Assembly (NCBI RefSeq): GCF_001194135.2
Contig: NC_068991.1
Location: 35,964,918-36,028,917 of the forward strand
Reading direction: 5' to 3'
Origin: Octopus bimaculoides
Taxonomy: Eukaryota
Length of the DNA: 64,000 bases
Position numbers and translations under genes: made by a program
Part shown: positions 13,252 through 27,088 of the stretch, in pieces
Numbering within the stretch: position 1 is the first letter of the stretch
Layout: each line of letters opens with the position of its first letter
Notes under the pieces: model-generated
What the model was told of the DNA's origin: nothing
The model's database searches: none
The model's input: the letters and a program-made list of their open reading frames with translations, nothing else

Positions 13252-14059
13252 TCTATTCTATTGACTGGGATACCTGTATTGCAAAACCCTCAATTTTTAT
13301 GTCTTTTCATAGTTTAAAGCGAACGTATAATCATTTTCCCCTTCTACTATCTCTTTTTATATATATTTTTTATCTAACACTTTCTGTATGCGCCTCTGCG
13401 TGTGTGCGTGCGTATATACATGTGTGTGTGTGTGCATTTATGCATGAAGGTATGAATGAATTGTATGTATGTATGTATGTAGGTACTACACATCACTCTG
13501 CCACACAGCCTTACACGCAGTCATCTATGACCAAGCGAGGCACACAGTAAGTTCCCAAAATTCAGTCAGGCGATACCCACGCCAAGTTCAATACACTCCA
13601 TCAGACACTACCGTTCGATTTCAATATTCGTTTCTCGCAGCAAATCACTTCTCACAACTCTGAAAACTCTATGAAGCTAAGTAATGCTATGTCGCTATTA
13701 CTGCACGCTGCTGCCGTCGAACTGCATTACTGCACACATTGCATCTGTCACTACTATTAAAATATTTGTTGCTCGGGTCCGATCGGATAGGCTTCGTACA
13801 ACTCGGCTCCACTCGGCACTACTCGACTCCGTTCGACAACGACGTATACATACACACACACACACGAGTGGGTGCGTGTATGAATTGTACGTATGCGTGT
13901 TTGCGAATGTATTTATACATACATACATACATACATACATACATACAGTTATACATATCTGTGTAAGTATGTTTGTATGATTATTCATATATTTACATAT
14001 TTACAGCGTCACACACAAACACAGTCATGCGCGTACATATGCTCAAGCGTATACATTAG

Positions 14060-14800
14060 TTGCACTTGTGTGAGTGACGATTGTGCTTCTAATGCTGCTT
14101 GCGCTGGTAGTGGTGATGGTGATAGTGGCAGTAACTGTAATAAGGCGGTTTCTGAAGTTATAATGATGATGGTGGTGGTGGTAGCTTGTACCATCGAAGG
14201 TTATTAGGGTAGTGATTGTGATAATGATGATAGTGGTGTGATGTTAATGGTGATATTTATGGGGTTGGTGTTGTTGTTGTTGTTGTTGCTGGAGATGGTG
14301 ATGGTGATAGCGGTGTTGAGGTTGCTGATCGGTGATATGGCATATATTTGCAGCAGCGGTGTTTGTGGTGGTGGTGGTGGTGGTGGTGGTAGTGATGATG
14401 GTGGTAAGGTTGTTTCTGGTTGCTATTGATCTGCACGAAGGCAGCAGCAGTAGCAGCAGCAGCAGATTTGCGGGTGATGACGGTAGTAACAGCGGTGGCG
14501 ACTGCAGCGGTAAGCGCTGGTGATTTCATAGAAGCGGCGGCGGTGGTAGAACACCGCTTCTAGTGGCGTTAGTGTTGATGATAGCGAAGGTGGGGATGGC
14601 AAGCACGCTCAGCAGTACCGCTTATAGTAGTGGTGGTGATGTGGGGGAGCCCCATGCTGCCGCTGTAGTTGTTGCAACGGTTGCTAAAGGAAGTTGAGGG
14701 CGGTGCTGGAGAGGTGAAGGCTTCAGCAGCGATGGTGACGGCGGTGGCGGTAATAACAGCGGTGAAAGGCGCGGCACTGGTGGTGTTGATGCTATTGTAC
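14060..14800. repeat. Cryptic trinucleotide-periodic low-complexity tract (GGT/GAT/GCA/GCG/TTG)
   Basis: Strong 3-nt periodicity with mixed units; short ORFs on both strands with poly-V/M/S/H/T/A runs and scattered stops. Confidence 0.85.
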
Positions 14801-15118
14801 CTAGGTTGAAATATAGAGTACATGAAAATCTGTCTGTCTGTCTCTCTCTCTCTCTCTGCATATATATNNNNNNNNNNNNNNNNNNNNNNNNNNNNNNNNN
14901 NNNNNNNNNNNNNNNNNNNNNNNNNNNNNNNNNNNNNNNNNNNNNNNNNNNNNNNNNNNNNNNNNNNNNNNNNNNNNNNNNNNNNNNNNNNNNNNNNNNN
15001 NNNNNNNNNNNNNNNNNNNNNNNNNNNNNNNNNNNNNNNNNNNNNNNNNNNNNNNNNNNNNNNNNNNNNNNNNNNNNNNNNNNNNNNNNNNNNNNNNNNN
15101 NNNNNNNNNNNNNNNNNN

Positions 15119-15168
<50 letters not shown>

Positions 15169-15844
15169 TGTATGTATATATAAATATACATACATACACA
15201 TGCACACATGTATGTGTGTATGTATGTAAAAGAAACGGAGGTAACTATTAAAATGTTAGCTTTTCCCTTTCACAACTGCAGACAACAATTCTATATTTCT
15301 GTTTATCCTTGGTTGGCCTAGCAGCGTTTGCGTCGCTTTCTCGCCGTTGGTGATTATTTACTGCTACGTTATTTACTTTCACTTTCGTTTTCGAATAAAA
15401 ACAACTGTACTAAAAATAATAGATAAAAGCGAAAAAGCACACATGTCTATATAAATATCTTCATTAAATCCAAACAAAGAGATATTAATGAGAATAACAG
15501 GAAGTTAAAATAATAGACATTTATATAAATAATTTGTAAATGAAAGAATAAGAAGAATAAACTGTTGAAAAAATACGGGTGATATAGAAGAAAAGAAGTG
15601 ATGTACGCCGCGTTGTTTTAAGCAATCTATAAGGGAACTGTTTCGTTCTGTTTTTTTTTTACACACACACACACGTTTGTGTGTGTGTGTTTGTATGTGT
15701 GTGTGTAATACTCCTAGTTATTCGTCTCGTTTCTGTTCGGGCTGAAAGTCGGATCTGCCGTAACTTCCGACATTCAGCATTACCGTAGTCGTCGTTACAG
15801 TTGTCTTTTCAGTAACAGCAAGAACACAAACAACAAGACAACCA

Positions 15845-15847
<3 letters not shown>

Positions 15848-15903
<56 letters not shown>
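15848..15903. repeat. (TAA)n microsatellite
   Basis: Read directly. Confidence 0.95.
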
Positions 15904-15906
<3 letters not shown>

Positions 15907-17307
15907 TGATTATGATGCTCTTCGATATTGGTATTAAGTAAGGAAAAGAAGCCCTTACCAAACCGAAACGACAGTTAAGACGACATTAACGAGAATAACC
16001 AGAGCAATAAAAAGAAAACCACAAAAAAAATCAACCAAACAAACAAACAAACAAACAAGGAAGGAGTTATATTTTGCAGGAAATCGTTCACTTTTAAGAA
16101 GAACCTTTCTCTTTCTTCTGGTCATACCAAGAGCTGAAGAGCACGTACACATACACACGCACATACGCACACACATGTACACAGACACACACGTTAACAC
16201 ACAGACACACACGTTAACACACAGACACAGACACATACGCACACACACAGACACACAGACACACACACACATCCAAAAGCAAAAATGAATATACATTAGC
16301 AAATGCACAATCTCTTAATTAGCATACACATATTGCAAACAACATAAGTAGACATATTCTCACATACACATATATACAATAAGCATTAACACAAATATAC
16401 ATACAATCCACCACACAAATACAACACTCTTGCATACACGCATATTCTCTCTGTGTGTCTGTGTCTTTCTCTTTCATTCGGTCTCACAATCTCATTGTTC
16501 TTGTTCTCTCCCCTTCTCTCAGTCCCTCGCTCGCTCACTCACACACTCACTCACTCACTCACTCACTTACTTACTCACTCACTCACTCACTCACTCACTC
16601 ACTCAGTCTCTCTCTCTTTTCTCTCTCTCTCCTGCTCTTTCGTACACAAATACACACACGAAAAACACGTAGGGACATGGACAGAGATATATATTCATAA
16701 ACACATGTAAATAGATGCACACGCACTCACAAAAACGTTAATATAGATATACACACAAACACACACGCACACAGAAAGCATATACTCATCTATCTATCTA
16801 TCTATCTATCTATCTGTCTGTCTCTCTCTGTCTGTCTGTCTCTCTTTGTGTATATATATACGTGCATTCACAAACATATATATATATATATATATACATA
16901 CATATACATACATATATCTACATACACACACACATATATATATATACACCCATACATGTATGTATATATGGATCTTTTCCCACAAACACACATTCAGTTT
17001 ACAGATATCAATTGATGACCCAGACGTAACCGCGTTGTCAGTAACACATATGTGTGAGCATCAGTTCGGGAAAAGCTTGGCCGAACGGGCTGCCGTGTGT
17101 TCCAGCGTGGTCAACACGACCGCTTTAATAGCAAGAAGAATTGCTTAACAGTATCTTTACCTCATACTGACACCACTGTACAACCACAGCTGGTTTTTCT
17201 CTTATATCGCCCCTCGACATCCCTCCCCTTTGAGAACCTAGCTTGTAAAAACCTCTTTGGTTTTTCACGTACATTTTTGCAAGTCGTCTGCCAACACCAG
17301 TCTACGA

Positions 17308-17496
17308 ATGACCTGGAATCAGGACCCCGACAAGACGGCACAGAAAATGGTGAAGGTGGTTGAGACGGGTGTATTCGTCCTCTCTGGCCTTCACTTCTTT
17401 GTTGGACTGGTCAGTGTGTGTGTCGGAGTAGTGTCCAGTATTAAGGCCGAAGTATGGTTAGCACACAGCGTATCACCAATATGGAGCGGTGGATTT
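17308..17496 (+). CDS. TMEM196: First coding exon (63 codons, phase-0 donor) of a TMEM196-like / CD20-MS4A-like multi-pass membrane protein
   Basis: ATG at 17308 gives MTWNQDPDKTAQKMVKVVETGVFVLSGLHFFVGLVSVCVGVVSSIKAEVWLAHSVSPIWSGGF, then gtgagt at 17497 (consensus donor). A hydrophobic TM1 with GxxSxxxG is followed by SPIWSG, matching the SPVWSG motif I recall from vertebrate TMEM196. GC and codon usage differ from the flanks. The symbol is from recognition, not a search. Confidence 0.8.
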
Positions 17497-17952
17497 GTGA
17501 GTATGATTTATTTGTTATCAAACTTGGTCAGTATATGTGTATATGTACGAATGTGCATATCTGTGTGAATATATGTGTGTATTTGTGGAGGTCTGTGTGT
17601 ATATACGTCTATATTTAAATTTTACAGATAGGCACATAGACATACACAGACATACACACAAAGACATATATATATATGTATATATGAACGTACAAGCACG
17701 CACATACAAACATACAAACGCGCACACACAGAGACACACGCACGCTCACTCATAGGTATATATGTCTACATATATATATATATATGTATACATGCTGTTA
17801 CGGAAAACATGTGTATGTGTGTGTACACACATACACACACACATATGTATAAAATATAAACACCCTGCGTATGACACACACGCACACATATACATACGTA
17901 TGTATGTATATATGTATGTATGTATGCATGTATGTATATATATATGTATGCA

Positions 17953-17985
<33 letters not shown>

Positions 17986-19263
17986 NNNNNNNNNNNNNNN
18001 NNNNNNNNNNNNNNNNNNNNNNNNNNNNNNNNNNNNNNNNNNNNNNNNNNNNNNNNNNNNNNNNNNNNNNNNNNNNNNNNNNNNNNNNNNNNNNNNNNNN
18101 NNNNNNNNNNNNNNNNNNNNNNNNNNNNNNNNNNNNNNNNNNNNNNNNNNNNNNNNNNNNNNNNNNNNNNNNNNNNNNNNNNNNNNNNNNNNNNNNNNNN
18201 NNNNNNNNNNNNNNNNNNNNNNNNNNNNNNNNNNNNNNNNNNNNNNNNNNNNNNNNNNNNNNNNNNNNNNNNNNNNNNNNNNNNNNNNNNNNNNNNNNNN
18301 NNNNNNNNNNNNNNNNNNNNNNNNNNNNNNNNNNNNNNNNNNNNNNNNNNNNNNNNNNNNNNNNNNNNNNNNNNNNNNNNNNNNNNNNNNNNNNNNNNNN
18401 NNNNNNNNNNNNNNNNNNNNNNNNNNNNNNNNNNNNNNNNNNNNNNNNNNNNNNNNNNNNNNNNNNNNNNNNNNNNNNNNNNNNNNNNNNNNNNNNNNNN
18501 NNNNNNNNNNNNNNNNNNNNNNNNNNNNNNNNNNNNNNNNNNNNNNNNNNNNNNNNNNNNNNNNNNNNNNNNNNNNNNNNNNNNNNNNNNNNNNNNNNNN
18601 NNNNNNNNNNNNNNNNNNNNNNNNNNNNNNNNNNNNNNNNNNNNNNNNNNNNNNNNNNNNNNNNNNNNNNNNNNNNNNNNNNNNNNNNNNNNNNNNNNNN
18701 NNNNNNNNNNNNNNATATATATATATATATATATATATATAGATATATAAATATACTCATGTGTCTATTAATTTGTTTGATAATGTTTTTGCATATACTT
18801 TATTATATATGCGCACACACGCTCATGTACACACCTGTAAGGATACACCCATCTATAAATATTTGTTTGTGTCGTTCATATTGGTAAAGCTGTGTGTATG
18901 TGTCTGAGAATGTGATGCGCACACGCGAGTACATACATAAGCGCCCGTACGCGCACGCATTGGTTCATTGGATCATTCTCAGGTGTTGTTCAGCTGGCCC
19001 CTACACGCCGTTAATACCGTACATCACGATTTTCGCTGATTGTCATTTTAAGATGTTAAGATGAAGAGGAGATAAAATGCAACGACACATCAAATATTTT
19101 TGAAGAGAAGGAATATACAAAATATTCGAATTATAAACAAAAGAATATAATGATGAACGAAATATCATCGCCTTGATTTAGTGATAATTTGTTAAAATGA
19201 CATGAATATATCTATCAACGGGTACACATATTGTGTTAAATTGTAGGGTTCAACACAAGCTTG

Positions 19264-19311
<48 letters not shown>

Positions 19312-19904
19312 TCACACACATACACATATATGCATACATACATATATATATATATAAAAAATAACAACATATATATATATATATGCATTATATATACATT
19401 ATATATACATATATATACATATATGCATATATACATATATGCATTATATATACATATATATACATATATACATATATATATATATATATGTATGCATTCA
19501 TATACATGCATACATACACACACATATTTATATACACATGTATGTATGCATACATATATGTATGTATGTATGTATGTACGTATGTATGTGTGTATGTATA
19601 TGTGTTCGTATAGACATAAATACATACACTCGAATACACATTAGTATGCATTTATATAATTTACAAATACACTTGCAAAGCAGTCAGGAGACTCTGTGAA
19701 AGCCATTGTCGCATACATCCACTACCTCGTAAACAAACATCCCCACAAATAAATAGATAGATAAATAAATAAATAACATAACATATTGTAAAAGACACCT
19801 ATTTATCTATGAAGCACTACTCTACATACACACACCAATTTTGTTTTGCAAACATGTATCATACATGCACGCACACAAACATACACACATGCACACACAC
19901 TTAC

Positions 19905-19950
<46 letters not shown>

Positions 19951-20673
19951 ATATGCGTACGCATGTGGCTTTTTTGTTTGTAAAATTAGGAGGATCATGT
20001 GGGCATGATAGAGACACGTGTTTCAATATGGGGAAACAGCATAAATAAAGTATTGCAGTTAAAAACTGTGAACTGTGCGACTTCGTGTGTATAGGTTGAG
20101 AGTTCACATCTCTTGGGGATCGACAACAAGTACCATATATGCACTAAGGTCTGTTTCTACGCCTGTGTCTCTCCTACGAGTTAGTGACTTTACGCTTGAC
20201 TAGGAAATCGATCAACACATACATTGAGGCTCATACGGTGATGCACCTCACCAAATGTTATTTTTTTAATAATATTTGCTTTCGTCGTCCTACATTCTAG
20301 GTTCAAATCACACCGGGTCTGCTATGACTTTCATCTATCCGGAATCGATAAACTAATCGATAAACTAATCACCATTAATATATTGTATCCGATTCAATCA
20401 TCTATAAATCTCTTCAGAATAATTGGATATGGAGCTAGTCAAAAGAAACCAATATAACTAGATCTATGGAAGACTTTTTGTCGACAGAAACAGAGGAATA
20501 CCACGTTGCAGTATGTTGCTTCATCTATCTACGTGCTGAGTTCAAATGATACGAAGGATCGATTTTTAGCATCGTATATTTCATGGATCAATAAAATATC
20601 TTTTCAATAATTTCCTTGTGGTCGATATAATCAACTACATTTCTCCACTGCAAAAATTTGCTGTGTCTAGTCA

Positions 20674-20743
<70 letters not shown>

Positions 20744-23615
20744 GCACACACACACACGCACGCACGCACGCTCACACACACATACATACATATCTATATA
20801 GATGAAAATACACACACACACACATATGCATATATATATATATATACGCACATTTACACATTTTGTATGTGAATATACGCACACACACATGCACAAATGA
20901 CAACATAATCATACTTTATACATACAAAATTGTTTTGTGTTTATATATTTATATATTTTTTTCAGTATTCTACATATTTCACCGAATTCTCAGAATATCT
21001 ACTAAACTTATTCTAACAGTCAAAACATTAGTACAATCATCATATTTTCTCTCTCGTCAACTGTCATAATTTGGACGTTTTGCTGGGCCTAAAGTGAAGG
21101 ACTCAAGACTGTGTCTATGGTTGATCGTGACTACATAGGCACCTACAACCTCTAGTGAAGGCGTGGTACATGTTACAAAACTATATTCTTTTGTGTGCAA
21201 TGGCTGGCTGTTCATCTAACTTTTCTATACACATTTCAGTTTTGACAGTTGGAAAGCAGAGAATCGAGTCGTCCAGCTCAGTATAGAGGGATCCATGGTA
21301 TGCATCGTACTATCGGCCCTGAATCATTTCATTGTTCAGTGAATTTCTCACCTTCGAGTCGAAATTACCAAAATTCCTTTTGTTTTTGCACCTCATTTCT
21401 ACTAACAGGAGGAACATCGTACTATTTATATGTGTTTTGTCAGCATGTTTCTTATATACCATTTTATATATGTCTTAATATCACTTCAGTCTTAAGATAT
21501 CTTAAAGTGAATACGTTTAGCTGTATTTCTATTTTTTTAAACTGATGAGAAATAAATCTCACTGGACAGGATATCAAACTATCTCATGTAATAGTCTAGT
21601 GGATCTGGTGTTTATTCTTGACAACTAAGTATTGCCCATCATCTGCTGTGAAGTTGGATTTCAAACGTTTATATTGCTTGTCCGAAACCATATTTCTTCT
21701 CTCAGTTATTATTTTCCATTATTACAGCTCAGAATACGTTGATTATCGCCATACTGAATTTTCCTTTATCATATACAGTCTCGCTATTATGCCCCATTTC
21801 TTCCTCTCCCCACCTCTTCTCCCTCATACATACATACACTTATGTTTACTATATCACTGTCTTTACATTTCCTACTTACCCTCTCTATCTTCCAATTTTA
21901 ACTTATGCATTCAGTTGACAACACTCCATATTAATCAGTTTATTCATTCTGTGATGTATTCCACTAACCATTCATACATTTATACACAAACTCCAGTCAT
22001 TTGCTAACACATTCAAACTCTATTTCTTTCATAGGCGCACATACAAGTTCTTTGCTGCTGGGTAAAGATGCTAGGATTGTTCAAAGTCTTGCCCATACTA
22101 TATAATATCACAACAGTAAAAAACAATTATATTATATAAAGTAGTACACTACATCACTCGTAAACAGAGCCGGATTAAGTCTTACTACCACCCACCCCCA
22201 ACAATGATGCCCTCTTCATTCTCCGATTGTCTCACTCTTGACTCATTAAGATAATACATACTGAATCTGAAATAAAAGATAACTAATTCTGATTTCTTCC
22301 AAACCAGACACCACAATTATTCTAAATATTACCATTTTCTTTTTAAGATTTTATTTATTTAACACTATTTAATGGTAATATAAGCAAATTCTTAATAGAA
22401 CAAATTATTAACTCATTTTTTTTTCATTCTTACTTTAGAATATTTTAAAGAACAATTATTATAACATATCGTTAGTACCGTGAAAAGTACAGCACTGGAA
22501 AAAATTCAAGGTGATCTTCATGCTTGAGTTTTATGTTCAAAACAAGTGATTATTTTGTTTACTGGCTGATCTGACCCTCTTCTTAAATCAGAACTGTTAG
22601 ATCAAAAGACAGTCTATTAAAACCCGCTTTTAGTATCACCTATTATCTCAGAGTGATGAGGTCGTACTATCTTTCTTAGTCTTTCTGGTTTTTTTTTCCT
22701 TCTGAAGTAACTCTCTAGGGACTCTGTAACATAGTGACAATGGAAGGAATTGAACTTCAGTTGCAATTATTAAGATACGTTGAGTGTCATAAACGAGCAG
22801 CCAAAAGACATCCAAAGAGTCACGAATTATACCCGGTCACCAGTTCTGTAAGCATGAATGAGGCATTTGATCCTAGATAGCTCAATTTATGGAGCTGTAC
22901 ACTCGAACCGAAAAAAAACAAAACATTTCACTGCTGGAAACTAACGAACTGCAAACAGTGCTGAGTACTACGATCAAATCCCAGATGTTTATATTAAGAA
23001 CAACGATGGATGCTATTGGAGTTTAATCGACTTAGATTTACTCTATACAGGTGTCTCCTCTGAATGGTCACTCACGACCATTATATATATATATATATAT
23101 ATATATTACGGAGATGTACTTGCATAGCATGTGACCTGATCTGAGATCGTGTGCTGGAACGAAAACAATTTCAGCGTGGAAGGTGTTTATAAGCCATTTA
23201 AAATAACACACAAAAGCCGTCAGATTCACTTCAACATTTAAATTTAATCTGTCAAAATNNNNNNNNNNNNNNNNNNNNNNNNNNNNNNNNNNNNNNNNNN
23301 NNNNNNNNNNNNNNNNNNNNNNNNNNNNNNNNNNNNNNNNNNNNNNNNNNNNNNNNNNNNNNNNNNNNNNNNNNNNNNNNNNNNNNNNNNNNNNNNNNNN
23401 NNNNNNNNNNNNNNNNNNNNNNNNNNNNNNNNNNNNNNNNNNNNNNNNNNNNNNNNNNNNNNNNNNNNNNNNNNNNNNNNNNNNNNNNNNNNNNNNNNNN
23501 NNNNNNNNNNNNNNNNNNNNNNNNNNNNNNNNNNNNNNNNNNNNNNNNNNNNNNNNNNNNNNNNNNNNNNNNNNNNNNNNNNNNNNNNNNNNNNNNNNNN
23601 NNNNNNNNNNNNNNN

Positions 23616-23650
<35 letters not shown>

Positions 23651-24134
23651 TATGCACGCATATATATATGTATGTATGTGTATATGTGTACACGTGTGTG
23701 CGTGTATGGTATATAAATATGTGTGTGCATTTGGATAAACTTACAGTCGTGAGTGTGCAAGTCGTTGCAGAACGCTAGTATGTATATTTCATTATTATTT
23801 ATGTGTGTGCGTATCAATGTAATCCATATGCATATGTAGTTGTGTACATATGCCACTGGAAACTCAAATAGAGAATATACTTGCATGTTTTGCAAGGTTT
23901 TACTGTTCCTCTGATCGATTGTGCCGGGAAAATGCGAATCAGTTTTCTCAGTTCACTTTTTGGAGAAGTCAAGTATCTGATGTTACGTAACCCAGTGCAC
24001 CAACGATAATAAGAACAAATGAAAGCCTGTAGACTGGATATAAGAGTTGTAGATTTTACATCAGTTCTTAATAGATATTCCCCGCTGTGTTCTGAATGAT
24101 GTTCACATATGCTGGGCAGCTAATCTCTACAATG

Positions 24135-24440
24135 TTGCATGACTTTTCCACCTTGTGATATACAGCCATATCTGGCCTGTTGTGCTTACAAACGGGTTGC
24201 AGTTATTTTTGATTTACCTCGATTTATGTTTTACCTAGATTCTTTAATTTTAAGCGTACATATATTCCTTGGTTTTGGTGTGCTTTTGGTGTGCGAAAGA
24301 ACAATCAACCTTGCGTATAGCGTTGTAAACTGTCTTGGTGACAATGTCATGTTTCATTGGGAAGTAGTTTCTTGCAGATATTTTTGGACAACTACGGATG
24401 TATGAGTGGTATCTCCCACACTGGTATGGCATAAACAAGT
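24135..24440 (-). mobile_element. RLE-type LINE zinc-knuckle fragment
   Basis: ORF 24250-24438 (HSYIRSCPKISARNYFPMKHDIVTKTVYNAIRK) resembles H....C....Y..RHD of R4-like elements. Confidence 0.65.
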
Positions 24441-24627
24441 TTACAGATATCCGTCTCTATGTTCAGGAGACTACTATCCTTGACAATGTCACTTGCATTT
24501 TCCGCCCTGCTTGATATATACACGTGCATGTATGTATGTATGTATGTATGTATGTATGTATGTATGTATGTATGTATCTATGTATGCATGATTATGCATG
24601 CACATATATTTACTATATATATAAATT

Positions 24628-24673
<46 letters not shown>

Positions 24674-24899
24674 TATATATTCATGTATATACATATGTAT
24701 ACATTTATATCTATGTTTATAAACATGTACACACACACACATATATATATGCATATATATACATATATACAAAAGTGTGTGTGTGTGTATGCGTGTGTGC
24801 GTGTGCGTGTGCGTGTGTGTGTGTGTATGTGTGTGTGTGCTTTCCTTTCTCTACTTAATTTCATTTTGACCGGTCAACTTCCTGGTAGCAAGGTTGTGA

Positions 24900-25260
24900 A
24901 AAAAAGTATCTCATTTTGATCGCCATCCTTAAAATATTGCAGTCTTGCACATTTTTATTGTTCCAGATATTGTAGTTGTTCTGATAATAATAGCTATGAA
25001 ACTAAAAGCGTATCTTGGACACTTAATTTGCAAACTCCAAGAGTTATTGTTTGCTGAGATATATCTGGGTGTAGGTGTTTTCTCTGGAATTTGTTGAAGA
25101 TATTCGTCCAGGAGCCATTTCAATGTTATGAAATCTTTTCCATATCTTATGTGTATTGGAATGGTGTTAAAGAGAGCAGGACCAGTTGAGGTGAGATAGT
25201 TGTGTCTCAGTGTTGTGATGCGAGGCTAGTATAATTTTTGTAGAGCACGGATGGTATGAG
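24900..25260 (-). mobile_element. 3' coding end of a CR1/L2-like LINE
   Basis: ORF 24929-25123 (KWLLDEYLQQIPEKTPTPRY) resembles the FK..LD.YL..IPD.P..PGY C-terminus. Confidence 0.55.
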
Positions 25261-25597
25261 GATCAAGACTTTTGGGCATTGAGTCGCAATATTTTCAAAA
25301 TGATATGTGTGTGTGTGTGTGCGCGTGCATGCGTGTGTGTGTGCGCGCATGTGTGTGTTTATATTTATGTATGTGTCATATATATATATATATATATATA
25401 TGCTTATATTCATGTATGTATTATATATAAATATATTATGCTGATGAATATATGCTTATATTTATATGTATATTATATCTATATATATTATGCTTATAGA
25501 TATATGCTTGTATTATATATGCATTATACTATATATATTATGTAAAATATATATGTTTATATATTTATGTATTATTTAAACATATAAATCATATATA

Positions 25598-26342
25598 TTT
25601 TGTGTTAAATCAAAAGTTTTGCAATACATCGTGATTCACCGTCTATAGCCACCCTTCTGCTAGTTTTTTGATCCCACGTTTATACCAGCGGGAGGTAGTT
25701 TCTGCAACCTTATCGTGCATAAGCAGTGGTTAGGCAAGAGCCAGCTTCCGGAAAATGTCGTGAAACGAGGGAGTTCCGAACACATGGTGATGCTCTACGC
25801 CTCGTGGAATTATGAGGGGATAATTCACTACGAGTTCGTTCCGGACAGTCATACTATCAATGTTAACTTGTACTCCGAAAATCTGGAGCGGATGTGTGTC
25901 CTTGTGTGGGAAAAATACCTGGTGTTATTTAACAGAAAGTGGGCTCTTCATCAGCAAGAGAACGCGAGACCTCACCGCTCAAACGACCCGGAATAAACTC
26001 CAAGAACTCGAGGGAATCGAACTGATGCCACAACCACCATACATTCCGGACCTAGATCCATCGGATTATTAATTGTCCCGATCTAAGGCACGCATCCTGC
26101 ACTCGCTACCCTCCCTCAAACAAGAGATGGAAATTTCAATGAAGGAGTTCTTCGGCTCAAAGGACAAAAAGAACTGTAACCAGCGTGGGATCAAAGAACT
26201 GGCAGAAAGGTGGCTTTAAATGGTGCAACATGATGACCTTTACTTTGAATGTTAGGCAGCGTTTGTTGCAATTTGGCGAATAAAGAAAATAACAAAATGA
26301 GAAAATAAGAATAGAAAATATTGCAAAACTTTTGACTCAGCT

Positions 26343-26347
<5 letters not shown>
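25598..26347 (+). mobile_element. Internally deleted mariner element with TIRs, in (TA)n context
   Basis: TIRs 25598-25626 and 26319-26347 are 24/29 identical. Remnants: MLYASWNYEGIIHYEF and ELMPQPPYIPDLDPSDY (YSPDLAPSDY-like). Confidence 0.9.
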
Positions 26348-26385
<38 letters not shown>

Positions 26386-26650
26386 CATGTTTATATACAC
26401 ACACATACGCGCGGGCACGTGTCTGTGCATGTGTGTGTATGTGTGTGCGTGCATATGTACAAAATCTATGAGCTTCAACTTCAAACCCTGCATCGAATTA
26501 CTACATGGATTAAGGTGAATATAAATTTATATGTGTGCATCTATATATTTCTGCACAAATATATGTATTCATGTACGTACACATATGAGGGTGGTCAACG
26601 TCATATATATATACACACACACGTACATTTTTTTACATACATATATACGC

Positions 26651-26710
<60 letters not shown>

Positions 26711-26866
26711 ATATTTGTATGTATGTATGTATGTATGTATATATATATATATGTCTGTATGTCTGTATCGGTGAATATATTTATCTATATTACCAATATA
26801 ACTGATATATATATATAAATTATATACATGTATTTATATATGCGTTTGTGTAAATATAGTTGATCA

Positions 26867-26931
<65 letters not shown>

Positions 26932-27032
26932 GTCTGTCTTCTGTCTGCCTGCCTGTCTCTCTGTCTGTGTATATCTTCAGTATATACGATGCATAATATA
27001 GTTTATATATAATCTATTTTTATATTATAATT

Positions 27033-27088
<56 letters not shown>

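Noticed and set aside
21401-21470. FLLTGGTSYY frame considered as TMEM196-like exon 2
   Set aside because: No AG acceptor precedes the FLLTG codons and the continuation does not fit the family.
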